From IMG/VR virus record IMGVR_UViG_3300025174_000089: DNA of 28,502 nucleotides; one strand, 5' to 3'. Position numbers and translations under genes: made by a program. This DNA comes from a virus. The notes below the pieces were generated by a model. The model did no database searches. It saw only the letters and a program-made list of their open reading frames with translations, and was not told the DNA's origin. Shown here piece by piece: positions 9,133-17,998 of this stretch (positions within the stretch are counted from its first letter, which is position 1; each line of letters begins with the position of its first letter).

Positions 9133-9159
9133 TACGTCCTCCGTTGGAGGACGGCTAGA

Positions 9160-9798
9160 TTACGCGGACTTCTTCGGTCTACCTCTCTTTTTAGGTACCA
9201 CTACGGGAGCCGGTGTTTCCGGCTGCTTAGGAAGATCAACAGTTACCTGGAGTTTGCCTCCCGTATTGACATTGGTAAACACGTCCATTCCCTTAAGATC
9301 CTCATCCGGGATATCGGGCTCGTGAAACACCTCCGGTGGAACCACATTGACCGTCTCCACCAACGATGACCCAACGCTGATACCTTCCGGCGCACGATCC
9401 TTGATCACTGCAGCCTTACCACGACGCGCAGCCTGATACCTTGCATTTTCCTCACGCGAGATTTGTTCTCTGCGTCTTTGGCCCCATTCAAGCGGCCTCA
9501 GACAAACGTAATTCTTATCTTGCATGATCAACCCAGTAGCTGCTTCGGGCGTAAGCCCGTGACGAAATGCAACTTTCTGATTCCACTGCTGAACGTCGTT
9601 CCAATATTCCAAATTTATCGGCTCATATCCCTCAGTTGTCCTACGCTGCTCCAAGTCGTCCTTCACAAAAAACCCGAATTCAAATCCGGGAAATATTTGC
9701 TTGAGGAATTCGGTAAGATGCACGTGGACATTAAAGCCGCGATTGGATTCTACAGGAACCTTATCCCACATTGATTTATCGAGTTTGCGAGTTTCCAT
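9160..9798 (-). CDS. Conserved head-module hypothetical protein (212 aa) with a C-terminal KKRGRPKK basic tail
   Basis: AGGAGGA RBS; lies between scaffold and decoration genes; ends ...PVVVPKKRGRPKKSA. Confidence 0.75.
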   Translation of the reverse strand: METRKLDKSMWDKVPVESNRGFNVHVHLTEFLKQIFPGFEFGFFVKDDLEQRRTTEGYEPINLEYWNDVQQWNQKVAFRHGLTPEAATGLIMQDKNYVCLRPLEWGQRRREQISREENARYQAARRGKAAVIKDRAPEGISVGSSLVETVNVVPPEVFHEPDIPDEDLKGMDVFTNVNTGGKLQVTVDLPKQPETPAPVVVPKKRGRPKKSA

Positions 9799-9806
9799 TT
9801 CTCCTC

Positions 9807-10637
9807 CTATTTCTGGTTAAGATACTTCAACGCTTCTTCTTCGTTCTTGACAACCTGCTCAGTTGAAAGACCCCATTTCTGAGCCCACTCTGCAGTGGTT
9901 GCGTCAATATTGGCTACCGGCCTCGGACCAACCGTCCCCCTGCCTTCCAGGGTCCCTCCACGATACGTAACTGGGGTCCCCGCTGGAGCGGAACCGGCCA
10001 TCCGTCCGGTCTTCAACTTTGCCGCCTGAGTCACCAAAAACGGTGTCATCGGGTTATTCAGAGCGGCTATCGCCTCCTGATTCCCATTGGCTGCGTTTCT
10101 GATGAAATACGAGTATGTCGTATTTACCTCTCGGGCGACCTCTTTGTCCGTCAAAGAAGTGTCCTGTTTTGCATAATCCCGCAATCTGTCTCTCGATCCC
10201 TGTACTGCACCAACCACTCTATCCCTGTGACTTACTTGTACGAATTCCCTCAGCGCCTCAATAAACGGAGCAACTTGTTCAGCAGCCATTTCCTTAGCGA
10301 TCTCCCTAATGAATTGCTTTGGTCTCTTGACAAATTCATTAATGAGTTCTCCAGGTGCTGGCTCGCCCGGGTCTGCTGGATAGGCCGGTGGGGCTTCATA
10401 ACGCTCTGGAGGTGGGATTTGTCCACCATAAGGAGCGGTCCCGGCGGGAGCCGCCGTGGGCGGTCCTGCCGGAGCTGCTCCGAGATCATCAATCCACTTA
10501 AGCGCCTCGTCCACAGTTTCATCGGCTTTAACAGTCTCCGTAGGTTGTACAGGCGGTATAACTGCGGGTGCCGCTGAGCCTGCTGGTTGTGTTTCGCCTA
10601 CATCTGATCCCGGCGTAACAATCGGTACTTCTACCAT
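9807..10637 (-). CDS. Putative capsid scaffolding protein (276 aa)
   Basis: Pro/Ala-rich disordered N-terminus, helical core, C-terminal AEWAQKWGLSTEQVVK helix; located between portal and capsid genes. Confidence 0.65.
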   Translation of the reverse strand: MVEVPIVTPGSDVGETQPAGSAAPAVIPPVQPTETVKADETVDEALKWIDDLGAAPAGPPTAAPAGTAPYGGQIPPPERYEAPPAYPADPGEPAPGELINEFVKRPKQFIREIAKEMAAEQVAPFIEALREFVQVSHRDRVVGAVQGSRDRLRDYAKQDTSLTDKEVAREVNTTYSYFIRNAANGNQEAIAALNNPMTPFLVTQAAKLKTGRMAGSAPAGTPVTYRGGTLEGRGTVGPRPVANIDATTAEWAQKWGLSTEQVVKNEEEALKYLNQK

Positions 10638-10657
10638 GAGTTATCCTCCCATCTGTA

Positions 10658-10686
10658 AAAATAAAGCCTTATTATTGATTTGTCAA
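10658..10686 (-). promoter_or_regulatory. Internal sigma70-type promoter upstream of the scaffold-capsid genes
   Basis: Minus strand TTGACA-17 bp-TATTTT, ahead of the GGGAGG RBS of the scaffold gene. Confidence 0.5.
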
Positions 10687-10877
10687 GTATTTGACACCAA
10701 GAATGAGACTACTTTCATATAAACTTCGTTCCACGTCAAATATCTAAGCTTCATTTCTGCTCCGGTGCTCGCGTGTGCATTTGCAATAGCAGTAGCGGCC
10801 TCCTCTCTAAAATGCATTATAAGATCTTGAAAACCATCATACTTAGCTAATTTCTTGATTTTCTCACGATTAACCAT
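10683..10877 (-). CDS. Small hypothetical protein after the portal (64 aa, MVNREKIKKL...)
   Basis: ATG at 10877 overlaps the end of the portal gene; typical small post-portal gene. Confidence 0.6.
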   Translation of the reverse strand: MVNREKIKKLAKYDGFQDLIMHFREEAATAIANAHASTGAEMKLRYLTWNEVYMKVVSFLVSNT

Positions 10878-12921
10878 TTTTCTTCTCCGTTTTCTTTGCA
10901 TTTGCAACAGCGATCTTTTCCTCAAGCTGCTGAATCTTCAAATCAATTTTAAGCTCCATATTCTCTTCCTGAAGTTGCTGATTCTCCTTCAGAAGCCTCT
11001 CCGCCTCCTTCGTAATTTCCTGAAGTTGCTGTGCAAGCTGCTGCGCCTGCTGCATTAATTCCTGCATCTGACTCTGAAGTTGCTGCACCATCTGCTGGTA
11101 GACCTGACCAACCTGCAACATTGCCTGAACCGGAGGATTAATCTGTTCTATGTCTTTCACCCTAAACTCCTTAAGAAGTCTAGTCAACATAGTAGAATAT
11201 GCATCAGCAGCACCGGCAGCGGCCATCCCAAGCGGCAATCCCTGAGATGCGGCCTCCATCCCCACCTTGAGCAAATCAAGGATCACCCTTTGAGAAGCCC
11301 CAACGCGATCCAACAGAGCAACCATCTCCTGTTTGCGGGTATTCTCGGAAAGCATTGCAGATGTTGCTTTTGGCTCAACCAACACCTTATCTTCAATAAG
11401 TCCAGGCGGAAACTGCACCAGGCCAGGCAAAAACTGCTGATCCACAAATTTCGTATATTCAACCTTATTTTGCCAGAACTGCCGATACCTAGAGAGCATC
11501 TGAATTGACAATTCGGAGATTGCCCCACGACAAATCTCAAGCTTTTCGAACAGCGGCTGCTTGCCCTCTTCGACCAGCAGGGTTTGCCCCGTCGCCGTGG
11601 GGCGATCAACCTGTTCCTGTCCTTGGTTATAGAGGTTGATGGACGCCAAAATGTTAATATGCCTCTCTAAGATTGCAGCCAACTCCAACAGATTATTTGG
11701 AGGTTCGCCCAATTTGAAAACTTCCGTACTTTCCCCCGGAAGACTATTCAGGAGAATAAAATCTCCCATGTTAAATTGCTGAGTTTTGAACAAATCTACG
11801 AGCTGGTGATCTGTAGTCCCTACAAACCAACCCTTTACAGCCAGCGTCCCTGAATCCAAGAGCATATCTATGATGGCCGTGTATGCCTTGTGCAGATGCT
11901 CAAGAATATAGCACAGGCTCATTCCGTCCATCGAATTAGGGCGCCGCTCCCACCACAAGATAACGAATGGCCGCTTATAATTATGATAATAGTTCTCAAT
12001 AGCGCGCAGAATCACCCCGCTGGTATAATCCATCGTGATGATCAACTCCTCTTCGATTCCATCACCATTGATGTCCGCTGCAGTATAGATCTCATGAATC
12101 TCAAAGCGATCCACGGAGGGCTTAAGCCCAAGAAGCTCTTCACGAGTTTTTGTAACTTCATCAATCTCAGCAGCCCGCTGCATCTTCTCAAATACCGGAT
12201 ACCACTCCTGATCACGGATTCTAGACTTGACCGTACTCTCATCTAGATAAACCTTGTGATCTAAGAGTTTTGCAGTATCCTTATCAACCGATGTCGAGGG
12301 ATAAATAAAATCTGACGGGGGGATGAGAACGGGGATCACACCCAGTTTTGAATCATATGTTCGTGGTTGTTCCTGTTGCTGGGTAGTCATCCCCGGAACT
12401 ATACTGCCATCAGGAAGCTGCTGCATCTGTCCAGTAGGAACCTGAGCTTCAACCCATTCCATAACGGTTTTTTGCTCATGAACCCAAGGAACCTTAAGAA
12501 TGCCCATGCCGTAGACGATTGCATTTTCGATCCATTCCATGAATAAGCGCTGGGTATCAAACTGATCAAACGCATAATCCATGAATTCTTCAACCTGCCG
12601 GGCAAAATCCTCGAATTCGGGCTTGCGAGGTTGAGCCACCATCACCTTATCTTGCTGAATGATTGGGTTTACAAGACGCGCCCTGACGGCCTGTACTACT
12701 TCTCTGGTAGTAGGAATGTCAAGCTGCGACTGCCATGAGGCAGGCTTGTCAATCCTCTCGACACGCCCCTCATTCTGCTTTAGCCAAATGGCACGCTTAT
12801 GGTCATATTCCTGCCGATCCTTTAGGGCATCCTTGATATCGTCTTTGAGTGTCTTTGCAAAAAGTTCACGCTGAGACTCACTTTGGAATTGGACATGCTT
12901 TACCTCAACTACGTTTGCCAT
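10870..12921 (-). CDS. Portal protein (P22-like, long C-terminal coiled coil)
   Basis: 683 aa; IENAIVYGMGILKV, DFIYP, IHEIY, RPFVILWWERRPNSMDGMS, VDRPTATG motifs; Gln-rich C-terminal helix; lies after TerL. Confidence 0.88.
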   Translation of the reverse strand: MANVVEVKHVQFQSESQRELFAKTLKDDIKDALKDRQEYDHKRAIWLKQNEGRVERIDKPASWQSQLDIPTTREVVQAVRARLVNPIIQQDKVMVAQPRKPEFEDFARQVEEFMDYAFDQFDTQRLFMEWIENAIVYGMGILKVPWVHEQKTVMEWVEAQVPTGQMQQLPDGSIVPGMTTQQQEQPRTYDSKLGVIPVLIPPSDFIYPSTSVDKDTAKLLDHKVYLDESTVKSRIRDQEWYPVFEKMQRAAEIDEVTKTREELLGLKPSVDRFEIHEIYTAADINGDGIEEELIITMDYTSGVILRAIENYYHNYKRPFVILWWERRPNSMDGMSLCYILEHLHKAYTAIIDMLLDSGTLAVKGWFVGTTDHQLVDLFKTQQFNMGDFILLNSLPGESTEVFKLGEPPNNLLELAAILERHINILASINLYNQGQEQVDRPTATGQTLLVEEGKQPLFEKLEICRGAISELSIQMLSRYRQFWQNKVEYTKFVDQQFLPGLVQFPPGLIEDKVLVEPKATSAMLSENTRKQEMVALLDRVGASQRVILDLLKVGMEAASQGLPLGMAAAGAADAYSTMLTRLLKEFRVKDIEQINPPVQAMLQVGQVYQQMVQQLQSQMQELMQQAQQLAQQLQEITKEAERLLKENQQLQEENMELKIDLKIQQLEEKIAVANAKKTEKKNG

Positions 12922-12922
12922 G

Positions 12923-13183
12923 CTAACCTCTCATTCTGAAGAGTTCTATCCGGTCGGGCTCACCGCTATTGACGTTGCAAATAATGTTGATACGCAATGC
13001 GCCAAAATGGCGCACTAAATCACAGATCTTGTTTGCAGTTTCCTTATCCAATTCATGCATCTTGACGATATCCTCAGATCCTGCCCCAAGGGCGCCCTTA
13101 TGGCTTCTCATGACAGTAAAACGACCAACCATGCCATTTTCTATCCAAGTTGTCACTTCACCAAGAATCGTTGGAAGTTTCAT
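12923..13183 (-). CDS. Hypothetical protein (86 aa)
   Basis: GGAGG RBS; 4-nt overlap with the upstream gene. Confidence 0.65.
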   Translation of the reverse strand: MKLPTILGEVTTWIENGMVGRFTVMRSHKGALGAGSEDIVKMHELDKETANKICDLVRHFGALRINIICNVNSGEPDRIELFRMRG

Positions 13184-13542
13184 TTCCTTCCTCCAAGCAA
13201 TGCAATTGTAATCCTATTTACAGCACATTCCAAGTCATTCGCGTTTTGCCAGGTTGTAGAAGCAAGTATTAGATGAACAAGTTCATGTACAACCGTATAT
13301 TCCTCATTATACATTTCTACTGTCCCGAGCATATTTTGGGGACGATCACATTTAGGAACAACCCTCATAGAAGCTACCAATTTAGGTAAAAACCAATTTA
13401 GATCTCCGGCAATGAAATTTTCTTTTCCCGGGTCGTTATTTATCTCATTCCATCTCACAAATTGAGACTCAATACTCCATTCTGGCAAATTTAACTTTTT
13501 CTGCCATTTTGAGACAAGCCCTCTCAGGTCACGAATCCTCAC
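13180..13542 (-). CDS. Putative HExxH zinc metallopeptidase-like protein (120 aa)
   Basis: YTVVHELVHLIL motif preceded by the WQKKLNLPEWSI pattern; coupled to the TerL stop. Confidence 0.6.
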   Translation of the reverse strand: MRIRDLRGLVSKWQKKLNLPEWSIESQFVRWNEINNDPGKENFIAGDLNWFLPKLVASMRVVPKCDRPQNMLGTVEMYNEEYTVVHELVHLILASTTWQNANDLECAVNRITIALLGGRK

Positions 13543-15116
13543 GTTTCCCCCTGGAGTCCATAAGAGGCGACTCTCTGCCCACCGCCCCTGTCAGTCCAAT
13601 CCTCAATATCATCGTCATCAGCATACTCCGGCTTCGCCTGACCGTGTTTACCCTGCCAAAATGGCACATGCATGGAGGCCGAGTCAATCAAGTCATCATG
13701 CTTGAGACCAGTAGAGCCATCTGGTCTCGGCTGAAACCCAAGCATCTGCTTGATAAGCGGACCCTGATCACGAGTGAAGTAAATCTGCCCATTCATCACA
13801 TATGGCTGCAGGCCCTCAATCCGCGTTGATTTGTTTGACTTCCCAGCTCCCTGCTTCGGTTTTAGTGGATCTATCCAGAAAAAGTAATTCTGCTGACGCA
13901 TGAACTCTTCCGTAAATGATTTCAATGCAAGTTGATAGCCAGCATGTTCGATACCGGTCTTATGAGGCTTCCACTTCTTGTGGAGTTCCATAATTTTTAT
14001 TGCCTGAAGGCGCGGATCAATCCTACCGTGTGACAACCCAAGTAAAAACCCACGAGCAGTGACACGATCCCAACCGAATATAGTAACGGCAAATTCATCA
14101 GATTCAGCAGTACGCCCAAGAGAAGGATCAATGCACATAGTTCGAAACAGATTCCCCACGTTATATTGAACAGCGTCAGCCACGAGGAGGTGCCCGTATT
14201 CGACCCAATTATAGTATTTGATCCCGTCCGGTCGAAATCGCAAGAGCCCTTCAACCACGGGTTTGTTGAGGATTTGGTAGGAGAAGAATATGTCTTCCAT
14301 GTCTTCAAGGTATCCGGCGATGGTTTCGTGCCCAAGTCCTTCTGGAAACAGTAGATCCCCGTCGTCCCCGGAGAAACCCAGTCGTCGAGCAGGATCGTCG
14401 AGGTATGGCCCGATGATCCAGGTTTCATGTCCCCCCCGGTCAATGATGTACTGATACAAGTCTTGCATGGCCCAGCGGGTTCCCACCACGATACGGATAC
14501 CCTCGTTTCGTCTAACGAAGAGGGGGGAAGAGTTCTTAAACCAGCGTATAACCCTTTCCATGTCGGTTTCCGAAAATGCCGTAGTTTCATCAACCACGTC
14601 ATCAAATATGTGGACATCATAGTGTCCTCCAGTGATGACAGAATCAACTCCTCGGGCCGAGATGGTGGGCTCGGGATAAATCCCATGGCGCGGGAGTTCG
14701 ATGCCCTTCTCGCTGAAGCGGTCGCCGCTTCCCGGCATTAGCTCTGGGAAGTAATGCGAAAAGGCCCATGCAGTGATGGTCTTCTTGAGGTCGTTCATGA
14801 CCTCTTTTACCTTTTCAGCGGACGCCTGGACGATAAGGACTCGAACCTCGGGGTTATTTATGACTAGCCAGAGACTCATGGCTATAGTGAGGAGGGAGGT
14901 CTTATAGACGACCCGAGGAGCCAAAATCATCATTTTACGGTTACCAAAGCGCAGATTGCGCTCTACCCATGCCGCCATTCTTCCGTGAAAGTCTGGCGTC
15001 ATGTCCTTAAAACCGCAAAGTGTTCTAGCTGCGAAAAAGAGTGAGTTTCGACAACTCTCACGGATGAATTCGTGATCTAAGCCACAAATGGCGCAGATAT
15101 TAAGATCTTCGGCTAT
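13539..15116 (-). CDS. terL: Terminase large subunit; probable start at ATA 15116 (first ATG at 15002)
   Basis: Walker A-like ILAPRVVYKTS, Walker B HYDVHIFDDVVDE, GTRW coupling motif, nuclease acidic motifs CIDPS, SDEFA and HDDLID; frame stays open 38 codons upstream of the ATG. Confidence 0.9.
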   Translation of the reverse strand: MAEDLNICAICGLDHEFIRESCRNSLFFAARTLCGFKDMTPDFHGRMAAWVERNLRFGNRKMMILAPRVVYKTSLLTIAMSLWLVINNPEVRVLIVQASAEKVKEVMNDLKKTITAWAFSHYFPELMPGSGDRFSEKGIELPRHGIYPEPTISARGVDSVITGGHYDVHIFDDVVDETTAFSETDMERVIRWFKNSSPLFVRRNEGIRIVVGTRWAMQDLYQYIIDRGGHETWIIGPYLDDPARRLGFSGDDGDLLFPEGLGHETIAGYLEDMEDIFFSYQILNKPVVEGLLRFRPDGIKYYNWVEYGHLLVADAVQYNVGNLFRTMCIDPSLGRTAESDEFAVTIFGWDRVTARGFLLGLSHGRIDPRLQAIKIMELHKKWKPHKTGIEHAGYQLALKSFTEEFMRQQNYFFWIDPLKPKQGAGKSNKSTRIEGLQPYVMNGQIYFTRDQGPLIKQMLGFQPRPDGSTGLKHDDLIDSASMHVPFWQGKHGQAKPEYADDDDIEDWTDRGGGQRVASYGLQGET

Positions 15117-15286
15117 TTATTCTTTCCTTTTCCCCTAGATGTCTTTGACTTATGCTTCTTCTGTGTTGACGGTGTCCATCCTGTTTTTCTTAGAGTACCA
15201 TACACATATTTATCTTGTCTTTTCTCATTTCCTGGGAACTTCTTTCGTGCCTCTGACTTAAGTTCCCTCTCAAGCTTCTTGGGCAT
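15113..15286 (-). CDS. Small basic protein (57 aa, MPKKLERELK...YVYGTLRKTGW)
   Basis: AAGGAG RBS before the ATG at 15286; matches a recurrent small phage protein pattern near terminase genes. Confidence 0.7.
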   Translation of the reverse strand: MPKKLERELKSEARKKFPGNEKRQDKYVYGTLRKTGWTPSTQKKHKSKTSRGKGKNK

Positions 15287-15485
15287 CTTTCTTCTCCTTG
15301 TACTTATCGTATTCCCGCTGGAAAAGTTCCAGCTCCGCATCACTAAAGTAATTCTTCGCAAGAACTTTGTCAATCACAGACATTTCGACCACCATGCCAT
15401 CTTTTCGTATCTTTCTAATATATGTCTCCTCCTTTTCATTGTAAATGATTTCGATACTTATAGATCCGTCAATCACAAAGAGCAT
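15270..15485 (-). CDS. Hypothetical protein (71 aa)
   Basis: ORF tiled with overlaps on both sides. Confidence 0.6.
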   Translation of the reverse strand: MLFVIDGSISIEIIYNEKEETYIRKIRKDGMVVEMSVIDKVLAKNYFSDAELELFQREYDKYKEKKDAQEA

Positions 15486-15682
15486 CAGATCGGTGACACG
15501 TCTAATTTGCCGTTATCACGCACTTCAATATCTACAATATCATTCTCAGTACCAATTGTTATCTTAATCGTTCTCGGGGAACGAATTGTAGTGATATGCG
15601 CTACGGCAAGATTGTCGTCCCTGTCCGCAAAATAAATCTTCACCTGGGTGTCATGCATGTCCCATTCCTCATTTCCGCCCAA
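15485..15682 (-). CDS. Hypothetical protein (~57-65 aa)
   Basis: Tiled ORF; start may be the second Met (MHDTQ) after GAGGA. Confidence 0.55.
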   Translation of the reverse strand: MGGNEEWDMHDTQVKIYFADRDDNLAVAHITTIRSPRTIKITIGTENDIVDIEVRDNGKLDVSPI

Positions 15683-16083
15683 TATATAGATTTATGCATG
15701 GATTGATGTTCTTTAAGAGGCATCAATAAAAGATTTTCAATCCTATTATCTAAACCATCACCATTAATATGGTGAATGCTTTCTTTTCTCAATAATTTTC
15801 TACCTAATTTTATCTCAATAATGTGCCTATGTTCAAGAACCCATATATTTGGGTCTGCAATTTTTAAAAGCCAGTATTTATGTCCCTTACAATTCCATAT
15901 ATGACGAGATCCAACCAATAATCTTCTCGCTATTTTTGGTAATCCCTTACCACATCTATGTGGGCAATCTGGAGCATAAAGTCTAAGTGTAAGTCCTTCA
16001 TATGTTTCTTTATCTTTTCTTATCAATCTCCCACAACCGCACTTACAAAATCTCTCTTTCGTAACAATCACTCCTCTCTTCAT
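15640..16083 (-). mobile_element. Free-standing HNH endonuclease (HNH_3-like)
   Basis: FCKCGCGRLI N-terminus; WVLEHRHII...GRKL...SIHHINGDGLDNRIENL motif; visibly AT-rich. Confidence 0.85.
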
Positions 16084-16280
16084 AACTTCTCCTTTGCTAT
16101 TGGATCTGTATCCATATCCCCAATATCGTCCAGAGGATTCTCTGGATCATCCTCATCATCTCCGGGATCTAGTTTTGTCCAAATCTCATCATGCAATCCC
16201 CATTTATCGGCCCATTCACAACCAAGATCAAACATAGTTAAACCAATATTGGTCAAGAACTTAATCAGAAGGAGTCTCAT
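16080..16280 (-). CDS. Small acidic hypothetical protein (66 aa)
   Basis: GAGGTGG RBS; hydrophobic N-terminus, Asp-rich C-terminus; ATGA overlap with the HNH gene. Confidence 0.6.
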   Translation of the reverse strand: MRLLLIKFLTNIGLTMFDLGCEWADKWGLHDEIWTKLDPGDDEDDPENPLDDIGDMDTDPIAKEKL

Positions 16281-17004
16281 CTACCACCTCAGCTTGTTCA
16301 ATGATAATGTGCCCAGCATCAAGTTCTGTATACGTTTTCACCTCCGAAGGTTCCGAAAGTCTCTTAATGCGTTCCATGATGCCGATGGTGTCCTTGATAA
16401 CCTGTAGGGCCTCCGGATTTGGCGTCTGAGCTGCGATCTTGGCCTGGGTGGCATCCTTACCCATGTCGAAGCGATCCATCGCGTCCTGGGCAGCCTTGGC
16501 GCGCACGCCGCCCGGTTGCATCGGGTCATCCATGAGTTCTTCCATCACCAGGGGCGCTCTCAATGCAGCCCTTTGATACAGGGCCAACATTCGACTCCAG
16601 ACGACAGGGCGCCGCACACCAGCGTCCTTTACTGCCTCATCAGCGACCTTTTGTAATGCTCTACGGTATTCCCGGTCATGCCTACCAATCAAATGCGCTA
16701 TCGTAGTCGGCTTCTTCCCTAGTTTTTCTGCAATCTCAGCATAACTAAGTCCCTCTTCTATCTGCATCTTAACAATCTTTTCGATGTTCTCAAGAGTGGC
16801 CCTTCGTGGTCCTGTTACGGAAACCAATTTTGGTTGTTTAGATGCGTTTTTTAAAGCCCACTTTTCTTTATCAGTGAGCGATTCTCCATCTCTTTTCTTT
16901 GCATAGGCTCTACTTACGACCTGTTTAAAGGTCTCTTTCTTCTCATCGTCAGGATTAACATCGCCTTTCGGATTCTGCCATTGAATGAGTTTATCTTTAC
17001 TCAT
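16261..17004 (-). CDS. HTH protein, candidate terminase small subunit
   Basis: Start MSKDKL at 17004; HTH GLSYAEIAEKLGKKPTTIAHLI followed by helices (VMEELMDD...RAKAAQDAMDRF) typical of TerS oligomerisation regions; upstream of TerL. Confidence 0.55.
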   Translation of the reverse strand: MSKDKLIQWQNPKGDVNPDDEKKETFKQVVSRAYAKKRDGESLTDKEKWALKNASKQPKLVSVTGPRRATLENIEKIVKMQIEEGLSYAEIAEKLGKKPTTIAHLIGRHDREYRRALQKVADEAVKDAGVRRPVVWSRMLALYQRAALRAPLVMEELMDDPMQPGGVRAKAAQDAMDRFDMGKDATQAKIAAQTPNPEALQVIKDTIGIMERIKRLSEPSEVKTYTELDAGHIIIEQAEVVDETPSD

Positions 17005-17254
17005 TTTTTCCCTGTCTATATTCAGACAATAGAGAGTCAACCTTAGTAGTTTCAATAACTGACGCAAAATAAGTAATTTGATTCAATTGCTCGCGGTATG
17101 GCTTACGATCGAGCAAATTAAGCCTAATCTTCAGTGCCCTACGGTCCGAATCCCATTCAGCGTCTATAACTTGAAATCTCTCAGAAAAATAGGGCTCAAG
17201 CCACTCATGAAGTTTCTCTACAGAGAAGCGAATACCATAAATTGAGTCGCTCAT
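16997..17254 (-). CDS. Hypothetical protein (85 aa)
   Basis: Tiled ORF with overlaps at both ends. Confidence 0.65.
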   Translation of the reverse strand: MSDSIYGIRFSVEKLHEWLEPYFSERFQVIDAEWDSDRRALKIRLNLLDRKPYREQLNQITYFASVIETTKVDSLLSEYRQGKNE

Positions 17255-17712
17255 AAGTAAATAAAGTCATCCGGATCATCTATCTTGAAACCACGTTTTT
17301 TATTGCTTGCTTTGTTGGATGTAGTTGCCATTGGAGTAGCTAAACTAGGCCAGTCCCAGTTTGATTCTTTACTATTAAGTAACTTAAGATCCCCCCACTT
17401 AGGCATAAGATGCACTAAAAATTGGGGATACTGATGTTCGGCTTTATTAGCAGCAATGACTTCTGGAAGAAGATTGCACTTTGCTATTTCCTCTTTAGTA
17501 ACCTTTATTGAGACCTTATGTTGTTTATTTTCACTCTTAAAAACAATCCACACTGCAGATTGATCATATGAATCCAATGCTTCAAAGAGATACAGATCAA
17601 TCTTCTCTTTGATAACACAATCTTCAAATGGCCCAAGTAACTCCTCAAGAAAATGCTTATTGACCGGCTTTTTAGTAACTACTTTCGTTAATCCAGTCTT
17701 TTTACTAAGCAT
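17251..17712 (-). CDS. Hypothetical protein (153 aa) ending FKIDDPDDFIYL
   Basis: Start MLSKK at 17712 after GAGGAG. Confidence 0.65.
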   Translation of the reverse strand: MLSKKTGLTKVVTKKPVNKHFLEELLGPFEDCVIKEKIDLYLFEALDSYDQSAVWIVFKSENKQHKVSIKVTKEEIAKCNLLPEVIAANKAEHQYPQFLVHLMPKWGDLKLLNSKESNWDWPSLATPMATTSNKASNKKRGFKIDDPDDFIYL

Positions 17713-17996
17713 AGTATCTCCTCTTCCCTCACAATAACCACTTCTAAATTCCAAATCTTGATCTCTGTTCCGGCATACTTACCGATGATGACTCTATCCC
17801 CTTCTTTTATAGCAGATATACACTCAGGACCAACTCCAATGACGGTACAAAGATTCAACCTATCCATGTACGATCCGGCGTTTTCGGGAATCTCCAGGCC
17901 ACTTTCCTTGTACTTCCCATATGGATCATCTCGCCTGAGCACAACTCTATCGAAGATTGGATCTAAACCGACTTCATTCTCGTTGAATTCAACCAT
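17688..17996 (-). CDS. groES: Co-chaperonin GroES (Cpn10)
   Basis: LDPIFDRVVLRR...SGLEIP...TVIGVGP...IKEGDRVIIGKYAGTEIK...IVREEEIL, the canonical Cpn10 pattern. Confidence 0.92.
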   Translation of the reverse strand: MVEFNENEVGLDPIFDRVVLRRDDPYGKYKESGLEIPENAGSYMDRLNLCTVIGVGPECISAIKEGDRVIIGKYAGTEIKIWNLEVVIVREEEILCLVKRLD

Positions 17997-17998
17997 AA

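Noticed and set aside
13997-14686. 229-aa alternative-frame ORF inside terL
   Set aside because: Fully nested in terL in another frame; Ser/Thr/Pro-rich composition typical of off-frame translation
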